64,000 bases of DNA from Neophaeotheca triangularis (lineage: Eukaryota). The position numbers and the translations under genes are program-made. The notes beneath the pieces are model-generated. The model worked only from the letters and a program-made list of their open reading frames with translations. It did not search any database and had not been told where the DNA came from. Positions 13,181 to 24,790 of this stretch are shown here, piece by piece (the stretch's first letter is position 1; every line of letters starts with the position of its first letter). The DNA lies in the NCBI GenBank assembly GCA_054600435.1, contig BAAIJX010000031.1:62001-126000 (forward strand), written 5' to 3'.

Positions 13181-16017
13181 TCAAAAACGACTGGCCTGCC
13201 GGCCACTATGAGCACGAATCGCTTCGGCCATTTTGACCACTTGCGCCATCTCTTGAACGTCATGCACACGCACTATATCCGCCCCTTGCATCACGGCAGC
13301 TGTCACTGCCGCCGCAGTCCCCCATTGCCTGTGCTTGGCCTCTTTTACGCCAGTCACGGCACCAATGAAACCTTTCCGGCTAGCTCCCACGAGGACGGGG
13401 ATGTCCCTCAATGGTACTTGTGTCAGCATAGCCCTCGAACGAGGAGACAGCAAATCCAAATTCTGAGCCTGCGTTTTTGCAAAACCAATTCCCGGGTCGA
13501 TGATGATACGCCATCTCCTGATGCCGGCGTCTTCCGCAGCCTGCAGCCGTGCCGCAAGCTCTTCGCGTATTTCACGACTGAGTCCCTTGGGATAGGAACA
13601 ATTCTCCTCACTACTCATGGTCGCCGGGGTGCCGCGCATGTGCATCATGACGTAAGTGCAGCTAAGTCTCGCGATGGTGCCCAACATGCGTGGGTCCAAC
13701 AAGCCGGCGGAGACGTCGTTGATGATGTGCGCGCCAGCATTGATGGCTGCTTCCGCTACCGTGGCGCGATAGGTATCAACAGAAATCGCGACGCCTTCTG
13801 CTTCAGGGAGAGAGCGGATGGCCTCGATAGCCGGTAGAACTCTCGCCAACTCCTCCTCAGCCGTGACGTCTGGCGCGTTAGGCCGAGAAGACTGGCCCCC
13901 TACATCTATAATGGTGGCTCCTGCGGCAATATGAAGGGCTGTAGTGGCCTTTAGAGCTTCGATATCTCTTGGTGAGTTGCTACCGCCATCAGAAAAAGAG
14001 TCTGGGGTCGTGTTGAGGATTGACATGACATGGCAGCGGCGGTCTGTACTACTTGTGTGCAAAGTAAGTGATCCAGGTACAAGGGGCACAACTGGGCTCA
14101 GCGACTGCTGTTGCTGAATCAGACTTGTCTCGGATTTCAACCGGAAACTCAATCTCCGGCCATTATGGGGTATGCAGGTTTCGACTGGGAGAATGCTGTG
14201 CGTAGTCTGTCAGCGTAGCTGCTCATTACTGGGCAGTGCAGAGGGCATACTGACCAATTAAGTGGACGCAAGACGAATGCGCGTTCGTGCATCAAGGCAT
14301 GTGGAATAGTCAAACGAGGCGTCTCCATCTTCACATCATGATAAATGAGAATGTCAAGATCGATGTTCCTCGGTCCCTTGTCTACCAGCTTGACCCTTCC
14401 CATGCCTTGCTCAATAGCCTGGAGTCTGTCCAGCAGCTCGAGTGGCGGGAGTGATGTCTCGATCTAATGTGCATGTCAATATAAAGCCCTATGTAAAAGT
14501 CCGAGCATATTTACCTGGCAAACACCGTTCAAGAAGCGATCTTGGTCGCTCACATACATTGGTTCCGTTTCGAAGAGCGGACTAGTCCGGATAATGCGCA
14601 TGTCTTCGTCCTCGTCGATTGCTTTGCAAGCGTCCTCAATGGCCTTGAAGCGATCCCCCAAGTTGCTGCCAAGGGCAATGAAGATGCCGTGGAATGGTGG
14701 CGGTCGTGCCGTGCTCGCTGACTTGCTATCATTCTCTGGAGCGTCGGCGTTCTCAGGTGGGGCATGAGTCGCATCTTCGACCTTTATGCTGCCTGCTTTG
14801 CTGGGCTGTCTAGTGTTTGCAAGGTCGGCGGATGGCCGTGGTGCCTGCGTGAATGATGACTGAGGCTGGGAGAGCTGTGTTTGTGACTTGTTGCATTCGG
14901 TCGAGCCACTGGATCCGTTTTGCTGAACACCGTGCGGAGTGTCGGCAAGCCCATTATCCTGTTGCACATCAAGTGGTGTATTCTTGATTGCAGCGCCCAC
15001 AAGAACCGACGAATGACTGATGTTTGCAGATCTGAATTCAATCCGGGAGCGGACTTGCAACAGTTCAAGGCCAAACGCCTGGGCCTTACCCAAGCGTAGT
15101 ACAGCTTCTGCAAAAAGTTGGGGTATGCTTGTGTGTGAATCAAAAGTCATATCCCTGCATAACCTCTTCACGATCAACTTGATCTGGGAGAGTAGTTGAT
15201 CGACTTCCTCCTGCAAGCCAGGGGCGTTTCGCGCTTGAGCTTTTTCGGCGGCTGTGGATGGCGCCTTGAGCGATAATAAGAGATTGAAGTTCGTCTTTGG
15301 TATTGTGGCCTCGCGACCACCTGTGATCCTGGCCGTAAGAGAGTCGTTCACTACTAGACGAATTTCGCACATGGGAATTGAAGAGCAAGGAGGATGCGTT
15401 GGCTTCCAGAAAGCTGTTGGTTGGGACACCATGACCACAAAGGAGCTGCTGGGTGAGCGCCCTTCAAATAAGGAATCGCAGACTGACGCAAGACATGGCA
15501 ATCCTGGAAAGTCAGAATCGGAACAGAGCTCTTCGAACCTTGTGGAAAGCTCGATCCTATCCAATGATCTTTCTGTGGCCAGGGGACCAGGGTAGTACGC
15601 GAGACCAATGGGGCCTTTGTGCCAATCTAGCTTCGTTCGAGAAGCTTGATTCCTGACAATGGGTAAGCGATGGTACTTTGATGAGGTCTGAGATACGTGT
15701 GGACATATTTACAACTGTACATTGCAGCTCACTTGGAGGGAACGCGATATGCTGCCTTCTTCGTGAAGTGCTAAACGTTGTAGGGACGGGTGGAGGTGTC
15801 TCGCAGCTTGTCCTGTCAATCCTTTAGAAAGTCGCACCCTGCTCGCTGATGTTTGTAGAAGGGCAAATGGACGTGTTTGACTGCTAAGAGCTGATAGAGA
15901 GCATCGGTAAATCGGCGAAGCTTTCGAACGCTGGAGTGCCCGCGTCGACATAGCTGCCTGCGACATAGATTTCATAGCGGCTCCTAGAGGCGCATGCCAT
16001 CCAGTAGAGGACCTCAT
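13181..16017 (-). CDS. FOL1: Folate synthesis protein FOL1 (HPPK + DHPS, with N-terminal extension); exons 16017-15733, 15687-14515, 14463-14255, 14195-13181
   Basis: HPPK motifs IALGSNLGDR and GPRNIDLDIL. DHPS motifs ILNTTPDSFSDGG, IDPGIGFAK, GASRKGF and VRVHDV. Three GT-AG introns restore the frame. The start could be 16017 or a nearby downstream ATG. Confidence 0.9.
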
Positions 16018-16435
16018 CTCGAGCTAGTAGTATGATGATCGAGGAATGCGAAATCTCGTTGCTGGCCAATTCGGTTCAAGGGATTGAGAGCTTGGGCGAG
16101 CTGCCAAATGAGCAACTTATGCAGTCAAGTACCTGTACGACACTTCCGCGAAGGGCGGCATCCGGACGAGAACAGTCCCCAGGGGAAGCTCGTTGGAAGC
16201 TGACGAACGGCAGAAAGTGGTTCAAGCGAGAGACGAAGTAGAGCCCATAGCTTCAGCAAACGCCTTGCCGCCGGTCGTGAAAATGCCCTAGAGCGTCAGG
16301 AAAGCTCAAAGGAAGAAATGCAACAAGTAGAGGGAGTGTCGCGTGTCTCCGAATTAGGAAGAGATGAAGTCGCGTTTGAAGATTTAGACTTTCTGTAAGT
16401 CAGCGGCTGTACTCCGGCTGAAACTCAGGTCCAAG

Positions 16436-16460
16436 CCTATCTCGCTATCTCTTATCTGAT
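16436..16460 (-). promoter_or_regulatory. Cluster of three GATA sites, including ATCAGATAA, in the divergent FOL1/NMO promoter
   Basis: cctatctcgctatctcttatctgat contains three TATCT. Positions 16452-16460 are the reverse complement of ATCAGATAA. Confidence 0.45.
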
Positions 16461-16922
16461 CCGTCAGAGTCATGCTAGCCGTACATAAAGTACAATTAAC
16501 AGACATAGCGTAATTGAGCTGTGAAGCAGCTTCTGGTGTATGTGGTAATGTTAACAAGCTTTGGGTTCATTTGTCTCGTGACTTTGGCTCGTATATGGGA
16601 GTTACCAGGAGACTCTCGGGATAGTTTCGTTAACTGCCCGTCGGCCGAAATAGGAAAGAGCCTCGGTCGCCGAGTCGCGCTTGCCTTCAGTGCCCACATT
16701 ATTGGGTGGTGGTGCCTTCCTTCCCCGTGCGTGGAGAAGTCACCTTAGCCGAGGCAAACAAACGGCCAGACACATGTGCTTGACGGTTAATAGGTGTACG
16801 ACTATGAATGTCCTACTGTTACTCTCGAGTCCACACTCCACCTTTCCACCTCTGTCAATACATCCCTCCAGTCTAACCAATACCCACAACTCTACTCATC
16901 AACACCAGCAAAACGAGCAATC

Positions 16923-18177
16923 ATGGCGTCTCCTCGTAAGTCACGACAAAGCCTAGACCCGACACAAACCCAAGCTCACCCACCAAACACAGAGCAGATC
17001 CGCACCACCACGACCGATCTCTTGAAGATCAACCACCCCATCATGCTCGCCGGTATGAACGTGGCAGCCGGTCCCAAGCTCGCCGCTGCTGTCACCAACG
17101 CCGGCGGTCTCGGTGTCATTGGTGGAGTCGGCTACACCCCAGACATGCTGCGTGAGCAGATTGCCGAGCTCAAGGGCTTCCTCAAGGACAAGAACGCACC
17201 GTTTGGTGTTGATCTGCTGTTGCCGCAGGTTGGTGCCGGCGCCAGGAAGACAAAGTAAGAGGGACATCGCTACCAGCACAGCGAGATTGCCGACTAATAG
17301 ATCTCCCCAGCTACGACTATACCAAGGGTAAGCTGGACGAGCTCGTCACCATCATCATCGAGAGCGGCGCCAAGCTCTTTGTCTCCGCCGTCGGTGTTCC
17401 GCCCAAGCACGTCGTTGAGCGCCTCCACGGCGCCGGCATCCTCTACATGAACATGATCGGCCACCCCAAGCACGTGCAAAAGTGTCTCGACCTCGGTGTC
17501 GACCTTATCTGCGCCCAAGGTGGTGAGGGCGGCGGGTAAGTTCTTTTCAAAATCTCCACGCTCGCAAAAAGGCCCCCCCAACTAACCCCTCATTCTCCAG
17601 CCACACCGGCGACGTCCCAACCTCGATCCTCATCCCCACCGTCGCAGCCCTGTGCAAAGGCAAAAAATCCCCCATGACCGGCTCCCCTGTCCAAGTCATC
17701 GCCGCGGGCGGCATTTACAACGGCCAATCCCTAGCCGCGGCCATCGCGCTGGGCGCCACCGCGGTCTGGGTAGGCACTCGCTTCGTGCTTTCCGAAGAAG
17801 CCGGCGCACCCAAGGCCCACCAAGAAGCCGTCCGTACCTCTGGCTTTGACGACAACGTCCGCACCATCATCTTCACCGGTCGCCCGCTCCGCGTCCGTCG
17901 CAACCCTTACATCGACAACTGGGAGGAGAACAGGCAGAACGAGATCAAGGAGATGACGGGCAAGGGTGTCATTCCCGTTGAGGGGGATTTGGAGCGCATG
18001 GGCGATGACGTTGATGACGAGACCATGGACAACGCCCGGCCTTTCTTGATGGGCAAGGCCGCGGCAGTCGTAAATGAGAGGAAGAGCGCCAAGGCGATCG
18101 TGGACGAGATGGTCGAGGGCGCTGTCAAGGTTATCCAGGACAGCTCGAGCGCTATCATGTCCAAGAGCAAGCTTTAG
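16923..18177 (+). CDS. Nitronate monooxygenase / 2-nitropropane dioxygenase family flavoprotein; exons 16923-16935, 16993-17254, 17311-17535, 17601-18177
   Basis: Motifs HPIMLAGM, AAVTNAGGLGVIG, AQGGEGGGHTG, VIAAGGI and VWVGTRF. Three GT-AG introns give one continuous frame. Confidence 0.9.
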
Positions 18178-18544
18178 ATGTGAACGATTGGGGCTGGGGC
18201 GTTGACGTAATTTGTCGATTTGGATACCTTTTTAACGTTTCTTCTAACCGACTTTTTGTCACCTGTCCCTTGTTTTTTCAAATCTCCCTCGTCTGGGCGC
18301 AACGTCCGTCACGCGTGCGTAGGTCCTTCTCTTATTATCAGCCGGAGATTTACCCCATACCCTTAGCAATCTACTACCACAATCTCACCAGCAGCCCCCC
18401 CCCCCCCCCCTTCCCCTCGGCTAAAATCGCAGCAAGGTAGGCCCCTTCCACCATCTATCTCCTGCTACATAGCTAAGGCTACCGACCAAGGCGTCCAAAG
18501 AAAAACAACCCCTTGCTCTAATCTATCCCTCCAAATACCCCTGT

Positions 18545-18900
18545 CCTATCCCATCCTATGCTCCAATCCCATCCCCTCCTATGCTCCCATCCCCTCCTAT
18601 GCTCCAATCCCATCCCATCCTATCAACCAATCCCCTCCTATGCTCCAACCCCCTCCTATGCTCTGATCCCCTCCTATGCTCCAATCCCATCCCATCCTAT
18701 CAACCAATCCCCTCCTGTGCTCCCATCCCCTCCTATGCTCCCACCCCATACTATGCTCTGATCCCCTCCTATGCTCCAATCCCATCCCCTCCTATGCTCC
18801 AATCCCCTCCTATGCTACCATCCCCTCCTATGCTCCAATCCCCTCCTATGCTCCCATCCCCTCCTATGCTCCCATCCCCTCCTATCCTCCAATCCCGTCC
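18545..18900. repeat. 18-bp minisatellite, unit approximately ATCCCCTCCTATGCTCC(A/C), with a higher-order duplication
   Basis: Many tandem copies are visible. The variant block ctatgctccaatcccatcccatcctatcaaccaatcccctcct recurs at about 18597 and 18674. Confidence 0.9.
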
Positions 18901-19107
18901 CATCGCACCCCACCGTACCCTCTCCCCCCGTACCCTCTCCCACCCCACCATACCCTCTCCCCAAACCAAACCGCGCCCACAGCAAGTCCGCGTTCAAAAG
19001 CTGCGGGAGGACAAAGGGTTACTAGGTCGATGTGATGGGTGAGCTGGAACATAGGTAGGCGAACGACGAGTACGTAGGTGCCGTGAGTAAGCGAGTCATG
19101 AGTCGGT

Positions 19108-19190
19108 AAGTTAGGTAGGTAGGTAGGAAATAGCCAAGCAAGCGCACCACCAGCGCTCGACACGAGACGACACGACACGACACGACATAC
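19108..19190. repeat. Microsatellites (TAGG)n and (GACAC)n
   Basis: ttaggtaggtaggtagg and cgacacgacacgacacgac seen directly. Confidence 0.7.
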
Positions 19191-19680
19191 CGCGGCACAG
19201 AGACGACGAGACAGGAAACGGAACGAATTGCAGACTTCCACCGCCCGCTGTCGTCTCTTGCGTTGACCCTTTTTTTCGCTTCCCCTCCTAGCCTTGCCCT
19301 CGCCTTCTGTTTTCCTCCCTATATCTTCTCCCAAGTCTCGGATGGCAAGGTGTGGGTGAAAGGATTAAAAATTAAGATTTTTTTTTGTACGGCTGCCCTC
19401 GGTAGCGATCCGAGGAGAGGCGTGCTAAGTATGTATGTAGACGGGTATCTCTGAGCTTCATTAGCTGGGAATGGCAGGCAGGCTGAAAGGGGGAGAGAGA
19501 GAAAACAGAAGAGAAGAAAAGAAAGAGCCGGGGTGTCCACCAATCCCGTCCAAACTCCAAATCAATGATCCCAGAATCCTCCTATTAACACGACACATTC
19601 TTTTTTCCTTGGCCAAGAACTAGCATTATCCGGTGCCAACGGACTATCCGAAACTCCTCTTTCTTCCACTCCCCCTCTTA

Positions 19681-21060
19681 CTAGGTAGCGCCCCTCCCCC
19701 ACCTAATGCCCTTCATATCCTTATCCTCGTCCTTGCCAGGCCATAGGATCTCCCCCCTCCAGACTGCCCAAATATTCGCCCCAGCAGTGATCAACCACAT
19801 CAGCACCAACAAAATCGTCAACGCCGACGCAATCCCATTGACAGCCTCGCTCTGGAACGCGCTCCCGAATTGTATAGTCGCGAGCGTCAGGCCGCCGTTG
19901 GGGAAGATGAAAGCCCACCAGTTGAGGGTAAAGGACATTTGGCGGTCGTAGATGCCCTTGAGCACGCTCACGGTGCTGATGCAGAAGAACCAGAAACTGA
20001 AGAGGAGGATGAAACTTCCCGACAGGATGCCGAGGATTTTGCAGATTTCGCCCGCGTTGGCTGACGTGGTTTGGAATTGGTCTGGGCTGAGGACCGAGGT
20101 GCTGCGGCTGCCGAGGGAGATCAGACCGGCTGCTGTGTAGCCTGAGGGTGGAGGGGTTAGTGGGCTGGGGAGTTGGGAGTGGGTTTGGGAGTGGTTTTAC
20201 CTGCTGGGCCGACTGAGACGTACATGCCCGGCCGTGTGGGCGCGGGAGGCAGCGAGCTAGTCATCAGCCGCTGCGTGTAGATTGCGTACATCATTAGACT
20301 GACGATCCAGGCGAGGCCTTGTAGCATGATGCCGCCGATCCACATGTTGAAAGCGGCGACGGGAGGTTGGCTGGGGATGAGGGTGCCGGCTAGGGGCCCA
20401 ACGACCAGCAGCGGGTAGATGGGGAAGATCCACGCCGGCATGGCACTACCAACCGGCAACCGCTGGTTTTGGAAGTAGAAGTAGTACTGTACTATACCCA
20501 CTATCAGCACGACGCCGACGTATAGCCAGAAGAGGACTCGTAGCGCGGAAACGAGCCAGGGGCCTGTCGATGGGACGCCGTAGCTTTGCATGCCGTTTAT
20601 TATCAGGGATGCCGAGACCCAGTATGCGCCGAAGAAGAGGCCTTCAACCGGGTGTTGGAGGGAGGCGCCGAGTTTTGCGGGTTTAAGGATGAAGCGGGTG
20701 GCTATGATGACATTGAAGAGGCAGAAGAGGACGATATCGAGGATGTAGAAGATTTTGCCTATCGTCATGAGGCCTGGGAAGGTGTTGGGCGTGTTGGCGA
20801 GGACGACGGCGACGGCGCCCGTGGACATTGTGCATGCAAACCATGGCCTAGAGGGGGGCAAAAGGGTGGTGTGTTAGTGATGCGCGGGAGATGGTTGGGT
20901 GGTAGCGGTGGTGGTGGTGGTGGTGGGGGAGGGGTTCTCACCATGTGAAGTGGCAGATGCGATCGCGGAGGCCTGCTGTAGTGGGAGAGTTCTTGTCGAT
21001 GCCATTTGGAGGTTCTTCCGGGTCTTCGGGGTGCGGAGTCTTCTCTTTGAATTGCACCAT
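19681..21060 (-). CDS. C4-dicarboxylate/malic acid transporter (Mae1/TDT/SLAC1 family); exons 21060-20942, 20847-20201, 20141-19681
   Basis: Motifs RICHFTWPWFACTMSTG, RPGMYVSVGPAGYT and WWAFIFPNGG, with many TM helices. Two GT-AG introns join the exons in frame. Confidence 0.9.
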
Positions 21061-22230
21061 TGTGGCAGGATGGGGAGGAGGAGGGGGGTGGTGGTGGTGT
21101 TATTGGTGTTGTCGCAATTGTTGACCGCTCCCTTGTCAAATTGCCTAGACTTGCGATGTGGAGGTGGAGTTGAATGGGAGATGGTTCGGTGGGAGGCAGG
21201 GGGGGTTTTGCCTTTTTGGTCTCCGCGGACGAGCGATGGGTGATGTAAGATATGGCAGATATAGTGATTGTGGTGTAGAAACCGGTTTAGAACAGGAAAC
21301 ACGCGCTCCAATGCCCAGAAGCCCAGTTGTTGCCGAGAGAGGACGCGCAGAAAATGAAACGGACGCGGCGGAGGCTGCAGATCTGACGGATCGGCAGCTT
21401 AAGGCAAGGCAAAGGGGGGAAAGATTATAAGATTATTATTATTGATCAAGTTTGGATCAACTTATCTGTTAGGGCTGTACTAAGGTATGAGACAGCAACA
21501 CTTCCATACCATATGTTATCGTCATCGTCTTAGTAGTTAGCTAACGAGCGAAAGCGCAAAGTCTATCGATTGCAAGCTACATTGATGGCACCAGCCTTTT
21601 TGTTTCCCCGAGGTCGTTGCTAGGCATAAGATACGGTAGTTACCTGTAAAGATACCCACCCCCCGTGAGGTGACCTGGCTACCTGAAACCTTAAGCTACC
21701 TAAGCTTGGTAGGGCCAGTAGGTGGACGTCATTTGACGGTTGACACCCGTGTCAACCACCCCCCACTGGGTGGTGCCTTAGGTTTCAATCGGCACTTACC
21801 TTATCACTGCTGCCGCGATAAGGCTGATGGATGATGGATGATGGACGATGGATAAGGTACCTGGTACCTAATGAATGATGAATGTGTGTGTGTCGAAAAA
21901 GACCGGTATGCTTGCTACCCGACATCACGAGACATGCTGATACCTACAGATATACATCTCCTACGACTCACGTAGGTACTAGTATGGCATGGCATGATAG
22001 GAAGTGACCATGGTGTTCCTGCCATCCCAGAGCTCTAGGTACTCCTACGGGCGGTGAAGCTTCGTTTGGCAGAATTCGGTTAAAGCCGACAGCTCCGGCG
22101 CAAAGAATACATGGTAAACATTCAACTGTGTTGTTGAGCTTGACGACACCACCTCTCCCCATCTAGCCATGTTCTTCTAAGGAGAAGCGAAACAGCTAGT
22201 TAAGTCCACCCTGGACCTCGAACCACCACC

Positions 22231-23793
22231 ATGCCTCGCCTTGTCCGAAAGGCGCCCCTCATGGACCGCCTAAAGGCCTACCTCGACCCATATGATCTCC
22301 TACTCTGGCTGGCCGAGGAGCTCAACGATGATGGCGTCGAGGATTGGTTGAAAGAGTGGTCGACACCAATCGGACTAGGCCTGAATGTATTCTTCATTCT
22401 GGCTAGAGGCGCAAGCAGCCCAAACAGCAACAGCAGAAACAGAAACGACGATATCTTTGGCGAATTCGATACGACCAGAGGCACCGGCTGGTTTACCTGG
22501 TTGGCAACGTTCCTTGTTCACGCTCTCACACTTGTCAGCTGTATCAACGCCCTCTACACCTTCCTTCGCAAACGCCACTACCGCCTCTTCGAGCAACCTG
22601 TCGACCTCCCTCCACAAACCCCCTCCGCTCATCGCGTGCGCGTCGACTCCTCCCCCGCGTCCTCTTCACCTTTCCGCTACATCCAAACCCGCCTCACTCA
22701 AGCTGCAACCTCAGCCTCCAATCGCGCCTACCCTGACGCTTCCCGCGAAGTCTGGGAACTCGGTCTCTGGGATCCCAAACCTGCCCACCTCACAATCTTC
22801 ACCCTCTTCTCCCCCGGCCATGTCCTGCTCTACTACGCGCTACTCCCACCAGCGCCTCATGACCCACGCCCGAGCGTTACAATTCTCACCGCCATCGCCT
22901 TCTCCATCCTCCTCTCCCTCCAACTCGGCCTCCTAAAGACAGCCTTTACCCAACAATCCACCGACTCGCGCCTCATCCACGGCGAAGTCATGAACGAATA
23001 CGACACCAAATACGTCCATCCCAACCTCAACAAACCCGTCCGCGACGTTGGCACACAAACGCGCGAAAGCGCCACAACTCCACGCGGCACCAAAACAAGA
23101 GAAGTAGACGTCTACACACCCACGACAATCCTCAACCGCGGCTTCCGCACAAACCCCAACCCCAACTACGCCGGACAATACGACCCACACAACCTCTCCA
23201 ACCAACGCGAAGACCCAGCACCGGCATCGTCATCAGCAGCAGCAGCATCCCGCCGTCGCTCCAGCGGCATCGCCAACCTCACTCCCACCCCATCTTACAC
23301 GCACGCCTCAACCCAACCTGCCCAGACCAACCCCTACGCCAATCATCCCTCGGCTTACCAACAACCGCAACCCCCTCAATCCCAACACCTCTTCCGCCCC
23401 CAGCCCCCGCCCGACCTTCCCCCTAGCTCGCCCCTGAAACCCCACCATGAGCGGTTACGCGAACGCAGTCCCCGCAAAGGCGACGGCGGCAGTTTAGGCG
23501 TGTGGAGTCACGCTAACAGTCCTTTACGCAAAGCTACTTCGAGGGAGACTTTGAGCGGGAGCGGTGGGGCGGGTTCGGGGATTTTGAGAAGGGAGGTCGA
23601 CGGGGCGAGGAGACCGCCGAGTCGGGGAGAGAGTGGGAGGCCTGGGAGTCGTGGAGGTGGTGAGAGGGGATTTCTACGGAGAGGTGAGGGGACTGGGGGT
23701 GGGGGCGAGAGTCTTTATCGGAATGGATCGGGGTCGGGGTCGGGGTTTGCTGGCGAGGCGGGCAGGAGGAGGGATACTACGGGGAGGTTTTGA
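22231..23793 (+). CDS. NUR1: Nuclear rim protein Nur1/Mug154 family
   Basis: MPRLVRKAPL...LDPYDLLLWL, RKRHYRLFE, VWELGLWDP...FSPGHV and EVMNEYDTKYVHP. TM segments are followed by a disordered tail. Confidence 0.8.
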   Translation: MPRLVRKAPLMDRLKAYLDPYDLLLWLAEELNDDGVEDWLKEWSTPIGLGLNVFFILARGASSPNSNSRNRNDDIFGEFDTTRGTGWFTWLATFLVHALTLVSCINALYTFLRKRHYRLFEQPVDLPPQTPSAHRVRVDSSPASSSPFRYIQTRLTQAATSASNRAYPDASREVWELGLWDPKPAHLTIFTLFSPGHVLLYYALLPPAPHDPRPSVTILTAIAFSILLSLQLGLLKTAFTQQSTDSRLIHGEVMNEYDTKYVHPNLNKPVRDVGTQTRESATTPRGTKTREVDVYTPTTILNRGFRTNPNPNYAGQYDPHNLSNQREDPAPASSSAAAASRRRSSGIANLTPTPSYTHASTQPAQTNPYANHPSAYQQPQPPQSQHLFRPQPPPDLPPSSPLKPHHERLRERSPRKGDGGSLGVWSHANSPLRKATSRETLSGSGGAGSGILRREVDGARRPPSRGESGRPGSRGGGERGFLRRGEGTGGGGESLYRNGSGSGSGFAGEAGRRRDTTGRF

Positions 23794-24548
23794 GATGAAG
23801 AAGGAAGTAGATTTCCCCTGCGGCTTTTACGTCGAAGAAAGAAAGAAAGAAAGAGGAGTGTATATGGTACCCGCAAGCCTCTATACGAAAGCGTTTTTTG
23901 CAACTGGGCAGTGGACGCTCCCGAAGCCTCACGGCCAATCTTGAATATTTCTCCTTGCGCCGCTTTCACGGCTTATATACCCAGGAGCTTGGATTGTTTC
24001 CCTTCAACGCTTTTCCGAAATCATCTTCCAGCTAGGTAGGTAGGTAGATAAATAGGTACGTACGATCCAAGTACTACTAGTCTTCCCGCACTTGTGGATA
24101 TGTCCCAATGAGGCTTGTTCATCCTCTACCGTACTTTCTACCGGACATTGACACTTTCACCCTCCATGCCCACGCCCACGCTCACGATTTTCGCTGTCTT
24201 TTCTTTCTTTCTTTCTTTTCTCTTTCTACCAAGGAGCCGTGCGAGCTGATGCGTATGGGGTTTTGCTGATGTCGTGGCGTGTTAGAGCGGCTTTTTGGGC
24301 GCTCTTGTCGGTGTCTGTTTGTTTGCGTGGATTACCTTGGTCGATGATGGACGGGAGAAGTGGTGTTTGGGGTTGATAGCGGGTTGGGGGAGTGAGTTGT
24401 TGGGTGCGGAAAGTCACTGTTGCTCATGATAACGTTAAGGTAAGGGTAAGTAACGTTACCTCCGGAGGTAGGAAGATAGTGGTGTTGCCCTGTCTTGGCT
24501 ACTGTGTGTACCGATGCGTTGTCTCCGTTATCGGACAGGCATTTCGCG

Positions 24549-24557
24549 ATCAGATAA
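24549..24557 (+). promoter_or_regulatory. ATCAGATAA (SreA-type GATA site) upstream of ARG2
   Basis: Exact match to ATCWGATAA about 240 bp before the ATG. Confidence 0.35.
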
Positions 24558-24790
24558 AAGATACGCGCCAGCTGCAGGTACTCTCCATGATGAGACGGGA
24601 TGGATCAGAAAACTTGCCCTTTTGACCACATCACCTTCTATCTCTTTGTTCTGTTTGATTACATCCCAATCCAGGCAAAGGTCTGTCTGCTGGCCATTTC
24701 TCCAGCTGCCCCTCCCTCCCTATGCACCCAATGGCAGCCTCCCCCGAGAAAAGCTCCTGAGCTCACCCTCACCGCCGCGTACTATGGAAA

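Noticed and set aside
18545..18900. CRISPR-like array
   Set aside because: Tandem units without unique spacers, in a eukaryotic context with no cas genes.
18558..19042. ORFs encoding YAPIPS or MLPSPP repeats as a RiPP precursor or CTD-like protein
   Set aside because: Open in several frames on both strands simply because of the 18-bp unit. There is no signal peptide, no Kex2 sites and no neighbouring tailoring enzymes.
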